Source: Candidatus Woesebacteria bacterium
GTDB lineage: Bacteria; Patescibacteriota; Microgenomatia; UBA8517
Direction of reading: 5' to 3'
DNA: 64,000 bases
Assembly: GCA_963784785.1 (NCBI GenBank)
Contig: CAWASW010000015.1
Coordinates: 2,149 to 66,148, forward strand
In this document: positions 35,492-45,636 of the stretch, piece by piece
How positions within the stretch are numbered: position 1 is the first letter of the stretch
How the letters are laid out: every line of letters starts with the position of its first letter
Made by a program: the position numbers and the translations under genes
The notes under the pieces: model-generated
Seen by the model: only the letters and a program-made list of their open reading frames with translations
Told to the model about the DNA's origin: nothing
Database searches by the model: none

Positions 35492-38387
35492 TTAATTCAC
35501 CTATTTCTAAAGAATCACATAAAGTCTTAGCCTTTAAAAGTTCCAGCATTGTTTTATTTGTTGGAATCCACGGTGCCACAACTTTAATTCTGTCATTAAG
35601 TGCTGTCCCAAGTTCTTTTCTGGCTCCCTGAATCTTTCTTATTAAATCTCTTGTGTCTGCCTCTTCTTTAAGTTCTGATGTTATTTCTAAATCCAACTTG
35701 TTCTCTTTTTGACTGTATTTAACTGACTTAACATTAAGCTCATCAAGTAAAATCTGCTCAAGTTCATTTATTGAAAATTGAGAATTGGTAATTGAAAATT
35801 GGGATAGTGGCTGTCTCACTGCAATATTATTTTCTTTTCTTAAACTATGCCCGACTTCTACAATCTCTCTAACAGTCTGCATCTCTTTAATTAGCTTTTC
35901 GTCCAAAGGACGACCAGCCTTTGGCTGTGGCCACGAAGCAAGGTGTACACTTTCTTCTTTTGTAAGATTGGTATAAATCATTTCAGCTAAGAAAGGTGTA
36001 AACGGTGCCAGGAGTTTACTTAGTGTAACCAATACCTCGTAGGTTGTTGAATAAAATTCATCGTTTTTTCTATCTCTTGATCTTCTGATATACCAAAGAG
36101 ACAAATCATCAACAAATTTGTCAATTGCGCCACTAGAGCCATAAGGATCAAATTTATCAAGTTTTTCAGTAACTAATTTAATCGTTTCATTAAGTCTCAC
36201 CAAAATCCATTTGTCTAATATGTCTTCCGACTCTTTATTTTCCGATGGCTTCCAACCATCCATATTTGCATAAGACACAAAAAAATTATAAATATTCCAA
36301 AGTTTTAAATGAAATTGTCGTCTCGTTTCATCAGCCACTTTATATCCGAATAACATGTTTTCTTTTGGATCTTGTCTAACAAACATCCACCTCATGACGT
36401 CTGATCCAATCTTATCTGCGGCTTCATTAAATTCGATAGCATTGCCCCAAGATTTGTGCATTGCTCTACCATCTTCTCCAAGTTGAGTAGCAAAACCTAA
36501 AACAGTTTTAAATGGATTTTTATTTTCCAAAACTGAGCTCATAGCAATCATAGAATAAAACCAGTTTTTGAATTGTCCAGGAAAACTTTCAGTAATAAAA
36601 TCTACAGGGAACCATTTTTCCCATTCTTTCTTGTCGGTTAAATACAAAGGTTTAGTATCAGTAACATCAAAATTACTTGTTTTGTTATCTTCTGAAATTG
36701 TAGAGAATTGGACAATTCCTGCGTCAAGCCAAGGATTTCCAACCGGCTCTATTCTATTCATAATTTCTCCACATTTTGAACACTTAATTTTTACTTCATC
36801 AATTTGTGGCTTGTGTGGAGACTTTCCATCAAATTTATCCCATCCAGAAACTGTTTTTTCTTTCAATTCTTGTTTTCCACCAATGACATCAAAATTGCCA
36901 CAGGCAGCACATTCCCAAATTGGCAAGGCCAATCCCCAATATCTATTCTTTTTACTAATTAACCAATCGTGCATATTATCTAACCAATCAAGTTCTCTTT
37001 TTAAACCAAACTCTGGAATCCAATTAATTTTTTTAGTTACCACTTTCATTCTCTCTCGCAAGGTCAAGTTTGGCTTGTCGGACGAAGCCTTGCGCGAAGG
37101 CTGGTCCATTGCTATATACCATTCATCAGTAACCTTCCATACTAATTCAGTCTTACATCTCCAACAGGCTGGATATCTATGGGCATACTTTTCGATTTTA
37201 AAGGCGAAACCTTTTTCTTCCATAATGTCTAAAATTATTCTTGGATGCCATTTTGCGTTCTGTCCTGAAAGTTCATTAAAACCTTCCATGTATGAAGCAT
37301 CATCATTAATTACAGGAATCATAGGAAGCCCAAGCTCTTGACCTAATTTGAAATCTTCAGTACCAGCAGAAACTGCAGTATGTACCATTCCTGTTCCTTC
37401 AGTTGTTGTAATAGGCATGATCATGTCATTAGTTGCGACTACTGTATGAAATTTTTCAGATGTAGAAGCAACGGCTGATACAGCTGGTAAATTATCAAAG
37501 GCACCTGTGTATTTAAGACCAACAAGTTCAGAACCTTTAACTTTCTTTACTACTTTGAAATCCATTCCAGCAAAAACACGTTCTTTAGCTTCATCGGCAA
37601 CCCAGTATTTAATTCCTTCTACTTCTGTCAAACAATATTCAATCTTCTTATCAATTGCGACGGCGATATTTGCAGGAATGGTCCAAGGTGTAGTTGTCCA
37701 GACAAGTAAGTTTTCATCCGTACCAACGATTGGAAATTTCATATATATTGATTCATGAACTGCTTCTTTATAATCTTCTGTTAACATTTCATGCTGCGAA
37801 ATTGCAGTCTCACATCTAGGACACCATGGAGCTGAATCGTTACCTTTATATAGCCATCCATTGTCGTGAACAACTTTTAAGAAATGCCAAATCATATAAT
37901 TGTTATCGTCTGAAAGCGTGTAATACGAATGATCCCAATCGGCAAAGTATCCAAGTCTTTTACTCTGTTCAGTTTGAATTCCCGAATATTTTTTAACACG
38001 GTCTTTACAAAGTTGTACAAATTTAGCTACACCAAATTTTTCGATATCTTTTTTACTTTTGAAACCTTGTTCTTTTTCAACTTCCACTTCAACCCATAAA
38101 CCTTGGCAGTCAAATCCGTTTTGATGACGTTGTCTAAAACCTTGCATACTTTTATACCTTGGCCACAAATCCTTATACGTTCTTCCCCATGCATGATGAA
38201 CACCCATCGGATTGTTTGCAGTTATCGGTCCATCTTGAAATGAAAAGTACTTATCTGAATTTTTATTTTTATTTAAATATTTATCTACTATTCCATCAGA
38301 ATACCAGTGCTCCAAAAGTTCCCTTTCCATTTTTGGAAAATCTGGCTTTGGATCAATCGAATCAAAATATGGTTTATCTTTTGTCAT
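35475..38387 (-). CDS. ileS: isoleucyl-tRNA synthetase
   Basis: 970 aa. HIGH-type motif HHAWG, editing-domain insert, KMSKS-like HKSWGN, C-terminal anticodon-binding region. Preceded by a T-box with an AUC specifier. Confidence 0.9.
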   Translation of the reverse strand: MTKDKPYFDSIDPKPDFPKMERELLEHWYSDGIVDKYLNKNKNSDKYFSFQDGPITANNPMGVHHAWGRTYKDLWPRYKSMQGFRQRHQNGFDCQGLWVEVEVEKEQGFKSKKDIEKFGVAKFVQLCKDRVKKYSGIQTEQSKRLGYFADWDHSYYTLSDDNNYMIWHFLKVVHDNGWLYKGNDSAPWCPRCETAISQHEMLTEDYKEAVHESIYMKFPIVGTDENLLVWTTTPWTIPANIAVAIDKKIEYCLTEVEGIKYWVADEAKERVFAGMDFKVVKKVKGSELVGLKYTGAFDNLPAVSAVASTSEKFHTVVATNDMIMPITTTEGTGMVHTAVSAGTEDFKLGQELGLPMIPVINDDASYMEGFNELSGQNAKWHPRIILDIMEEKGFAFKIEKYAHRYPACWRCKTELVWKVTDEWYIAMDQPSRKASSDKPNLTLRERMKVVTKKINWIPEFGLKRELDWLDNMHDWLISKKNRYWGLALPIWECAACGNFDVIGGKQELKEKTVSGWDKFDGKSPHKPQIDEVKIKCSKCGEIMNRIEPVGNPWLDAGIVQFSTISEDNKTSNFDVTDTKPLYLTDKKEWEKWFPVDFITESFPGQFKNWFYSMIAMSSVLENKNPFKTVLGFATQLGEDGRAMHKSWGNAIEFNEAADKIGSDVMRWMFVRQDPKENMLFGYKVADETRRQFHLKLWNIYNFFVSYANMDGWKPSENKESEDILDKWILVRLNETIKLVTEKLDKFDPYGSSGAIDKFVDDLSLWYIRRSRDRKNDEFYSTTYEVLVTLSKLLAPFTPFLAEMIYTNLTKEESVHLASWPQPKAGRPLDEKLIKEMQTVREIVEVGHSLRKENNIAVRQPLSQFSITNSQFSINELEQILLDELNVKSVKYSQKENKLDLEITSELKEEADTRDLIRKIQGARKELGTALNDRIKVVAPWIPTNKTMLELLKAKTLCDSLEIGELNVQKI

Positions 38388-38394
38388 AGCACTT

Positions 38395-38700
38395 TAATTA
38401 TATAGTAAATATATTCTTAAAGGGCGACTTTTATGAAGACGCGGTACCACCTTTATTACTTCTTAATTTTAAGCTTTAACGGGGCTTATTTACCCCTGAT
38501 TTAATCGGGGACCGAAAGGTTCTATTTTCTTTAAAACGCCAATCTTTCGCTTTAAAGATTTCTTCCTTTAGCAGAGGATTGATTTTCCTCTATTGCCTAC
38601 AAATATTATTATAACACGAAATTTGTTAAATCCCACATCGGGAGTGGTTTACTATTGGCACCTCGGGATATTTATAATAATTTAGTGAATTTTGCGAAGG
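38395..38700 (-). promoter_or_regulatory. T-box riboswitch leader, Ile specifier (AUC)
   Basis: Minus strand has the conserved T-box sequence AATAAAGGTGGTACCGCG (plus 38438-38455). Upstream is stem AGAGGA-AAATCAAT-TCCTCT with AUC plus purine in the specifier loop (about plus 38560-38582). It lies immediately 5' of ileS. Confidence 0.7.
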
Positions 38701-38775
38701 AAAGCAGGGATTTCAAATTTGTCTCCAAAAGTGTCATCATTATCATCTTCTATTTTTTCATCTTCCTCTGCAGAA

Positions 38776-39826
38776 TTATTTGATAAATTTTCTTTTGGTA
38801 GCTTCTGACACCACGCCTGATACAACTTGTCTCATATTAGAAGGCCTCATTTGTGCGATCCTCGATCTGGTTTCATCAAAACCTGTGGCAATTACTGTGA
38901 TTCTTATTGAATCTGATAAATCTTCTTTTATAACAGCTCCGAAAATTATATTGGCATCCTGATCTGCTGCAGCAGAAATAATTTTTGCAGCTTCATCAAC
39001 TTCATACATTGTCATATCTTTTCCACCTGCAATGTTAAACAAAACTCCTCTTGCACCTTCAATTGATAGATCCAATAGTGGTGAGCTCACTGCGAGCTCT
39101 TGCCGCCATCTGTGCTCTGTTTTCCCTGACTCCTGTACCAATTCCAAGAAGAGCTGTTCCAGCTGCGCTCATGATTGCTTTAACGTCATTAAAATCGACG
39201 TTTACAAGTCCGGGAGTAGTAATTATCTCTGCAATTCCACCAACACCTTGTTCAAGTACTGAATCGACAACTTTAAAAGCATCGACAAGCGACATTTTTC
39301 TATCAATTACATCCATCAACCTTTGGTTTGGAATTACAATTAAGGTATCGACAACTTCTCTTAGCTTTTCTATCCCGTCTTCCGCTGCAACGGTTCTTCT
39401 TGTTCCTTCAAATGCAAATGGTTTAGTGACTATCCCAACTGTCAGAGCTCCTGATTCTTTTGCAAGTCTTGCTATAACTGGGGCCGCACCTGTACCTGTT
39501 CCTCCACCCATTCCGGCAGTAATAAACACCATATCAGTATCAATCATTAGCTCTTTTAATTTTTCGATCGACTCCTCAGCGGCCTGAGCGCCGATTTCAG
39601 GATTTCCTCCAACTCCCAAGCCTTTAGTTATTTTTTCTCCAATTTGAATTTTTGTAGCAGCTTTGTTTGTAAGTAGAACTTGAGAATCTGTATTAGCAAC
39701 TATAAATTCCACGCCCTGTATTAATCCATTTTCGACCATTGAAGATACGGCATTGCCGCCGCCACCACCAACACCAATAACTTTTATTTTTGCAATTCTT
39801 GCTGAATCAGGTTTTACTAAGGCCAT
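38776..39826 (-). pseudogene. ftsZ: ftsZ interrupted by an apparent +1 frameshift (two ORFs 39059..39826 and 38776..39147)
   Basis: The N-terminal ORF has the GGGTGTG tubulin signature region and ends ...ENRAQMAARARSELTTIGSIN*. A second frame continues ...AVSSPLLDLSIEGARGVLFNIAGG…ITVIATGF. The join maps to GCGGCAAGAGCTCGCAGTGAGCTCACC (~39090-39115). May be an assembly error rather than a real pseudogene. Confidence 0.6.
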
Positions 39827-39896
39827 AATTTATACGATTTAAAATAAGTATGAGGCAGGTTACTTTACAAGCATTATATATACTGTAGCTCTCAAG

Positions 39897-41156
39897 TCAA
39901 GGCAGAAGATCTTTAACAGACTCAATAATCTTTTTGAAAAATCCATTTCCTGAAAAATTTAGTTTCATTGGAAACTTTAATCCACCAGTTTCTTGAATTT
40001 CTTGCCTAGCTCCATAAAGTAACAATCCAATAGGTGCTGAGTATGTTGGATCAATCACATCATCAATTAATCCTGACACTCCAGAAGGTATTCCAATCCT
40101 TACTGGTACGCCAAGCATTCTTTTAGCCGACTCTACTGCTGCAATTGTTTTTGCCCCACCACCTGTAACTATGGCTCCTGAAGGTATTCTGTTAATTATC
40201 TTTTCCTTCTCAAGTTCTAACCTGACCATAGTAAATATTTCATTTAAGCGAGGTCTAATTATACCCTCAACCAATGTCTTTCTGGACACTTTACTAACTT
40301 CCGAAATTCCCAAAGCGGTCAAATCTAACTCATCTTTTTGATCTTTTACAGTTTTACTATTTGATAACGATAATTTTATCTTTTCAGCTGAATCAAGAGA
40401 AACTCTCAATCCAATTGCTATATCATTAGTAACATTTTTAGCACCAACAGGTATTACTCCAGAATATGCAAGAGAACCATCAACATAAGCAACGACAGAT
40501 GTTGTACCTGCTCCAATATCTATGAGTACGCATCCTAACTCTTTCTCAGTTTCAGTAAGTACTGAGTAAGCCGACGCCAATCCTGCAAATACCATATCAT
40601 TGATTCTGACTCCTGCTTCACCAAGAGTTTTACTTAGATTCTTAACAGCTGCGCTTGAAGCTGTTACAACGTGAGTCTCCACCTCAAGTCTGACTCCACT
40701 CATTCCAATTGGGTCCTTAACACCTGTTTCTCCATCTACAATAAATTCACGGGGAAGAACATGCACAATTTCACGACTAGTAGGAAGCGAAATTGCCGAA
40801 GCCGCTTCAATTACTCTATCGACGTCTGAAATGACAATTTCTCCATTTGGCCCAGAAACAGCGACAACACCATGTGAATTTTGAGAAGTTATATGTGCAC
40901 CACCCAATGAAACAAATGATGAATCTATGTTATGTCCAGCCATTCTTTCTGCACCTTCAATTGAAGCAATCGCAGACTCAACAGATTCTTCAATATTAAC
41001 AATTTGTCCTTTTTTAATACCTTTTGATACAACCTGAGAAACACCAATTATATTAATAGTTTCGTTATATGATTCATCTGTGGTCACCTGAGCAACAACA
41101 GTTACGGTCTTACTGCTCCCTAATTCTATTCCTGCAATTATTTTTGTTCTGTTCAT
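39897..41156 (-). CDS. ftsA: cell division protein FtsA
   Basis: Actin-fold ATPase: IAGIELGSSKTVTVVAQ…, DIGAGTTSVVAY, GGGA. Confidence 0.85.
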   Translation of the reverse strand: MNRTKIIAGIELGSSKTVTVVAQVTTDESYNETINIIGVSQVVSKGIKKGQIVNIEESVESAIASIEGAERMAGHNIDSSFVSLGGAHITSQNSHGVVAVSGPNGEIVISDVDRVIEAASAISLPTSREIVHVLPREFIVDGETGVKDPIGMSGVRLEVETHVVTASSAAVKNLSKTLGEAGVRINDMVFAGLASAYSVLTETEKELGCVLIDIGAGTTSVVAYVDGSLAYSGVIPVGAKNVTNDIAIGLRVSLDSAEKIKLSLSNSKTVKDQKDELDLTALGISEVSKVSRKTLVEGIIRPRLNEIFTMVRLELEKEKIINRIPSGAIVTGGGAKTIAAVESAKRMLGVPVRIGIPSGVSGLIDDVIDPTYSAPIGLLLYGARQEIQETGGLKFPMKLNFSGNGFFKKIIESVKDLLP

Positions 41157-41169
41157 TTAAGTAATGATA

Positions 41170-41895
41170 TCATCTTATGATTGGATTCTTAAACCTAAAA
41201 TCAATTTCTCTAACATCTTCCATTCTAATTCCTTCAGACCCTTCGTTCAAGCGTGAAAAAATCAATTTTAGACTGCCTGCTAACAAATCAATATCACTAT
41301 CGAGTGGAAACAAAATTAATATATCATTTTTTGCATGGGTAGTTAAATAGTTATTAGTAATCTTTGAATCATATACGTTAGTAACGATGTTAATTTTTTC
41401 AAGCAATCTCAATGCAAACAGAGTCTTTTCATCAGTTATTTGTCCAACGGAATAATTTGAATCAGATAGCAAAGAGGTTGACTCTGATTCCTGACTTATT
41501 CCAATAATCAAACCATTTTTATCTAACAAAAAATATGTGCCATTTGAATTTTTGATTGAATATATTGGCTTTTTTAAATTTATTTCTATCTTTATGGTAC
41601 TTGGTATTTTGTATTGAACAATATATGAGCTTAGCCTTACATCTTGTCTTAATTGCATATCAATTTGTTTCTTTACGTGGCTATAGTTGCCTAGTTGAAA
41701 TGAATAATCGCAGGGACCAAGTTGCGATACGCACTCGACTTTGTCTATTTTAATTAATATTTTTATAAATGCAGGTATACAATAGACAAACAATATCATT
41801 AACAATATAGAAAGATATTTAAAAATATTTACTTTTTTAAACCAATCGAATTTACTTCTGGGTATATGATGGATTCTTTGTCTTCTTTTCTTCAT
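41170..41895 (-). CDS. ftsQ: cell division protein FtsQ/DivIB (POTRA)
   Basis: Short cytoplasmic N-terminus, single TM, then POTRA-like IDKVECVSQLGPCD…. Confidence 0.65.
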   Translation of the reverse strand: MKKRRQRIHHIPRSKFDWFKKVNIFKYLSILLMILFVYCIPAFIKILIKIDKVECVSQLGPCDYSFQLGNYSHVKKQIDMQLRQDVRLSSYIVQYKIPSTIKIEINLKKPIYSIKNSNGTYFLLDKNGLIIGISQESESTSLLSDSNYSVGQITDEKTLFALRLLEKINIVTNVYDSKITNNYLTTHAKNDILILFPLDSDIDLLAGSLKLIFSRLNEGSEGIRMEDVREIDFRFKNPIIR

Positions 41896-41923
41896 ACTTA
41901 TAAGGTCAAACCTTTAAAGGTAG

Positions 41924-42595
41924 TCAATCCAAGGTGTATCTTTCAATTAATTCTATATCATTTTTATCAATTTGATTTTCTACGAATGCCTGATATGAAG
42001 ATCTGTTACCGTTTTTGTTTGAAAAATATGACTGTATTACATCTTTCTTAACCCACGAAGTGTTTCTCATCCCAATATGATCTGCATACGATGAGTAAGA
42101 ATCAGACAAATTATTTTTCAATTCCTTCGGATTTAGATGAATGTATCTTGACAGGTGCAACAAATAACTCTCGTTGGAAACGGCCACAGCTTTATACACA
42201 CCCTGAAACAAACTACCCGATCTTTCATATTTTTTATTAAAATAAACTGAATATCGTGTAGCAATTGATCTCATAAAGTTTTTCATGCTACCTACATCTC
42301 TTTGTTTTAGTAACAGATGGAAATGGTTCGGCATTAAGCAATAACAAACTAAATCTATTTGATCAGAATAATTATTTACTAACCTAGGTATACCTTTAAA
42401 GGTTGAACCTTTTAAGGTAACTTCAATTTCAAATTCACTCAAAGGTCTCGATGGAGATAGATATTCCTTAAGGTAACCCAAAAATACTTTATAATCTTGT
42501 TCATCCTCAAAAATTACTCTTTTGTCTACACCTCTGTTATATACATGATAGTAAATCTCTTCGATATCAAATTTTACGCTATTTTTGGCAGGCAT
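41924..42595 (-). CDS. REP-associated tyrosine transposase-like / IS200-like Y1 transposase (Transposase_17 family)
   Basis: YHVYNRGVDKR, HUH CYCLMPNHFHLLL, Tyr region LSRYIHLNP. Flanked by AAGGT-caa-ACCTT hairpins within ACCTTTAAAGGTCAAACC motifs at ~41901-41921 and ~42607-42626, with a third copy inside at ~42392-42420. Confidence 0.8.
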   Translation of the reverse strand: MPAKNSVKFDIEEIYYHVYNRGVDKRVIFEDEQDYKVFLGYLKEYLSPSRPLSEFEIEVTLKGSTFKGIPRLVNNYSDQIDLVCYCLMPNHFHLLLKQRDVGSMKNFMRSIATRYSVYFNKKYERSGSLFQGVYKAVAVSNESYLLHLSRYIHLNPKELKNNLSDSYSSYADHIGMRNTSWVKKDVIQSYFSNKNGNRSSYQAFVENQIDKNDIELIERYTLD

Positions 42596-42634
42596 AAATA
42601 AATATTACCTTTAAAGGTCAAACCTTACAAGTAA

Positions 42635-42976
42635 TCAACTTGAATATTTTACAAATAGTTCTTCTCTGTCAGATTCAATCAATTTGAGCTGTTTTTCTAT
42701 ATTTTTGAGAGCTTCCGATAGCTCAGGCTTTTTACTAAAATCTAATATATTACTTACCTCAGCCCATTGTGACAAAAGGTGATGCCTTCTATTTTCAATA
42801 GCACTTCTTATATATTGAAATTGAATATGGCTACTTAAAGTATGCCATTCAGAAAAAGTTGCCAAATAATCTGGATTATACTCACCCATATCAACTGCCT
42901 TTTGAAGTGTCATCTTGCTAGCTGTTTTGGTAGAGCTGCTACTTTTGCCTTTTTCTAAATTATCTTCAAATCCCAT
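42635..42976 (-). CDS. hypothetical protein
   Basis: 113-aa ORF with no recognisable motifs. Confidence 0.4.
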   Translation of the reverse strand: MGFEDNLEKGKSSSSTKTASKMTLQKAVDMGEYNPDYLATFSEWHTLSSHIQFQYIRSAIENRRHHLLSQWAEVSNILDFSKKPELSEALKNIEKQLKLIESDREELFVKYSS

Positions 42977-42996
42977 ATCGTATATTATATACTTTC

Positions 42997-43515
42997 CTAG
43001 ATCATACTAATTACATTGTTTAAAAAATTATTTTTTTGAATTTGGTATTCTTTTTTAGAGTAGCAATATTTCTTCTTAATGCTCACATATTGTTCAAGCA
43101 AATCTGGTCGACTAACTAAAAATTCGTGAAGCCTGATATCTAACTCGGCCTCGTACCCTTTAAGCAAAATTATTTCCACTTCTTCTTCATTTTTATCATA
43201 AATATCATTAAACCGGGCATAATTTTTTTCTACGACTTCAGGTTTGCCAAATCTAAAGGATAATTTCATTAGCACATCATTCCAATCACTTTCCTTCGGA
43301 TATAAACCTATTTCAACTTCTCCTTTGCCGTAAATTTCAAACAAAGTACTACCTCTCACTGTGGGTTTAATGTTAAAGTTGTTAAGTATTGCGCTTATTT
43401 CGTTTAGATATATTTCAGCAACGTCCTTTTGTTTTGAACTATATGGCCTTAATTTAACAGGCGTAGTTCTGTATTTATCAAAATATTGATCTGAAAATTT
43501 ATTTAGCCCTTTCAT
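42997..43515 (-). CDS. GrpB-family (UPF0157) nucleotidyltransferase-fold protein
   Basis: VRGSTLFEIYGKGEVEIGLY resembles the GrpB signature (RGST…K..IDI). Confidence 0.55.
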   Translation of the reverse strand: MKGLNKFSDQYFDKYRTTPVKLRPYSSKQKDVAEIYLNEISAILNNFNIKPTVRGSTLFEIYGKGEVEIGLYPKESDWNDVLMKLSFRFGKPEVVEKNYARFNDIYDKNEEEVEIILLKGYEAELDIRLHEFLVSRPDLLEQYVSIKKKYCYSKKEYQIQKNNFLNNVISMI

Positions 43516-44558
43516 TGTAAATATGTTTCTAATATATCCACTACTTTTTCAGAGGCTTCTAGATCAGGACTTATAATATCCTTAGTTTTTTTAATAATCG
43601 CTGGATATTCGCCAATCAATATATCTATTTCTGCTAATAACCTTTGAGGCGTTAATTCTTTTTGATTAATAATCCTAGCAAGACCTAATTCTTCCATATA
43701 CTTAGCATTCTCGTTTTGTTCATCGTTATACGACCATGGTATAGGAATTAAAATTGATGGCCTCTTAATTGCCATTAATTCCCAGCACGTATTAGCTCCA
43801 GCTCGTCCAATCACGATGTCTGATTTAGATAATATTTCAGCCATATTTTTAGAATCTGTCTGGCCAAATGCAAAATATTTGTCACTCTTAATTTCACTAA
43901 ATTCATTCAAATTTTTTTCTCCGGTTTGATGCATTACGAAATATCTTTCGAATAGCCTAGAAAGAATTGGCTTTATTGCATCATTAATCCACTTTGACCC
44001 CCTAGAACCCCCAGTGATAAATATCGATTTGACTCTTACGTTTCTCGTTAAATCTAAATACTTTAATATCTCTTTGCTTAAGGGATTTCCAACCAAAACT
44101 GTTTTGTTTTTATTAAAGAAACGCGACGATGATTCCCTAGAGATTAAGATCTTTTTACAAAAGTAGCTAGATATTATATTTGCCCTACCGGCAGTTGAAG
44201 TCTGTTCATGAATAAATACTGGTATCCCTGCAAAGCTAGACCAAAACGAAGATATTGCACCCGCACTGCTTCCAAATGACAATACCAAATCAGGACCAAT
44301 TTCATTTATCAGTTTTTTACCTCTTAAAAAGCTAATTGGTATCTTTAAAAAAGAAGTTATAGTATTCTTTGTAAATTTATTTTCAATTTTTCCAGATTCC
44401 AAGTTATGGAAGATAATATCCAAATTGGTAAGGTTTTTGTATTCCATACCTACCCAATGGATTTCCCAATCTAAATTACGTTTTTTAATTTCTTCTATAA
44501 TAGCTATTGCAGTTGAACCTGCATGACTACCGGCGAGTAATAGTTTTTTTGGTTGCAT
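43512..44558 (-). CDS. murG: MurG, undecaprenyl-PP-MurNAc-pentapeptide GlcNAc transferase
   Basis: GT28 two-domain architecture. N-terminal LLAGSHAGSTAIAII, ITGGSRGS. Confidence 0.75.
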   Translation of the reverse strand: MQPKKLLLAGSHAGSTAIAIIEEIKKRNLDWEIHWVGMEYKNLTNLDIIFHNLESGKIENKFTKNTITSFLKIPISFLRGKKLINEIGPDLVLSFGSSAGAISSFWSSFAGIPVFIHEQTSTAGRANIISSYFCKKILISRESSSRFFNKNKTVLVGNPLSKEILKYLDLTRNVRVKSIFITGGSRGSKWINDAIKPILSRLFERYFVMHQTGEKNLNEFSEIKSDKYFAFGQTDSKNMAEILSKSDIVIGRAGANTCWELMAIKRPSILIPIPWSYNDEQNENAKYMEELGLARIINQKELTPQRLLAEIDILIGEYPAIIKKTKDIISPDLEASEKVVDILETYLQ

Positions 44559-45636
44559 ATCTACTAATATTTAATAGTATACCGCATGATCCTAGAATCA
44601 TCGATAGCGATGTGCCACCATATGAAAAAAATGGTAATGGTATACCAGTAAGTGGTGTTAATGCAGTCATAGATGAGATATTAAGTATCATTTGACCTCC
44701 GATCCATGCAGTGATACCAACAGCAAGCATTTTTGAAAATTGGTCAGGTGCGTTAGATGCAATTTTGAATGCTTTATATATAAAAAGTGCAAAAAGTGCA
44801 ATTAGTGCAAAAGATCCAACAAAACCGATTTCTTCTGCAATCGCAGCAAAAATTGAATCAGTTGAAGCTTCTGGCAAAAATAAAAACTTCTGACGAGATT
44901 GGCCAATTCCCAATCCGAACAAACCACCTGATCCAATTGCCAAAAGAATTTGTCTTATGTGATATTCCTTACCTAACGGATCAGAACCAACTTGTAAGAA
45001 TGTCATTAATCTATCTCTCCTATATGGTGAAACTAATATCAAAACACCTATACCAACAATTCCAGCAAACAAAGACCCTAAAAAATAAAGAATGGGGACT
45101 CCGGCAACAAAAATTTGTGTTATTCCAACCAAACCTACAACTAAAGTTGTACCTAAATCGGGTTGAAGCATTATTAACCCGCAAACAACAGCAAGTGGAA
45201 TAAAATATGCCAACGGATTTATAACTTTTTTATCTGATACCTTGGCCAGATATAAAGCAAGCGCTAACTTTACAACTTCTGAAGGTTGAAAATTTATATG
45301 TCCAACAGATATCCATCGCCTTGCACCAAGTGCCTTGAGTGATATACCAGGGATTAAGACAGCAATTAGAAGAATTACTGTAGTAAAGAAAAACGGCAAG
45401 GTAATTTTTTTCCAAAAACTGTAATGTATGTTACTTATAATTAACATAGCACTAATTCCTACTAAGGCCCAAATAATTTGTTGTCTTAGAAAATAAAACT
45501 TATCATTAAAGTAATTAAGTGCTTGAGGAGTTGAGATGTCTGCCACAAAAATTAGACCCAGAATTACAAGAATAACAATTAAATAAAAAAAACTTTTGTC
45601 GTATGGAGCTCTAATTCTTTCTTTTTTACGAATCAT
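44527..45636 (-). CDS. ftsW: FtsW (SEDS family), lipid II flippase / PG glycosyltransferase
   Basis: 10 TM helices with SEDS C-terminal motifs (PEASTDSIFAAIAEEIGF…PLTGIPLPFFSYGGTS). Start trimmed to MIRKKER. Confidence 0.8.
   Translation of the reverse strand: MIRKKERIRAPYDKSFFYLIVILVILGLIFVADISTPQALNYFNDKFYFLRQQIIWALVGISAMLIISNIHYSFWKKITLPFFFTTVILLIAVLIPGISLKALGARRWISVGHINFQPSEVVKLALALYLAKVSDKKVINPLAYFIPLAVVCGLIMLQPDLGTTLVVGLVGITQIFVAGVPILYFLGSLFAGIVGIGVLILVSPYRRDRLMTFLQVGSDPLGKEYHIRQILLAIGSGGLFGLGIGQSRQKFLFLPEASTDSIFAAIAEEIGFVGSFALIALFALFIYKAFKIASNAPDQFSKMLAVGITAWIGGQMILNISSMTALTPLTGIPLPFFSYGGTSLSMILGSCGILLNISRYATKKTITRR

Noticed and set aside
36568-37341. 257-aa plus-strand ORF
   Set aside because: It lies entirely inside ileS on the opposite strand, so it is a spurious antisense ORF.
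39051-39587. 178-aa plus-strand ORF
   Set aside because: It is antisense to ftsZ and is an S/T/A/P-rich translation of GC-richer coding DNA.
44787-45203. 138-aa plus-strand ORF
   Set aside because: It is antisense within ftsW and is a Q/K-rich low-complexity artefact.
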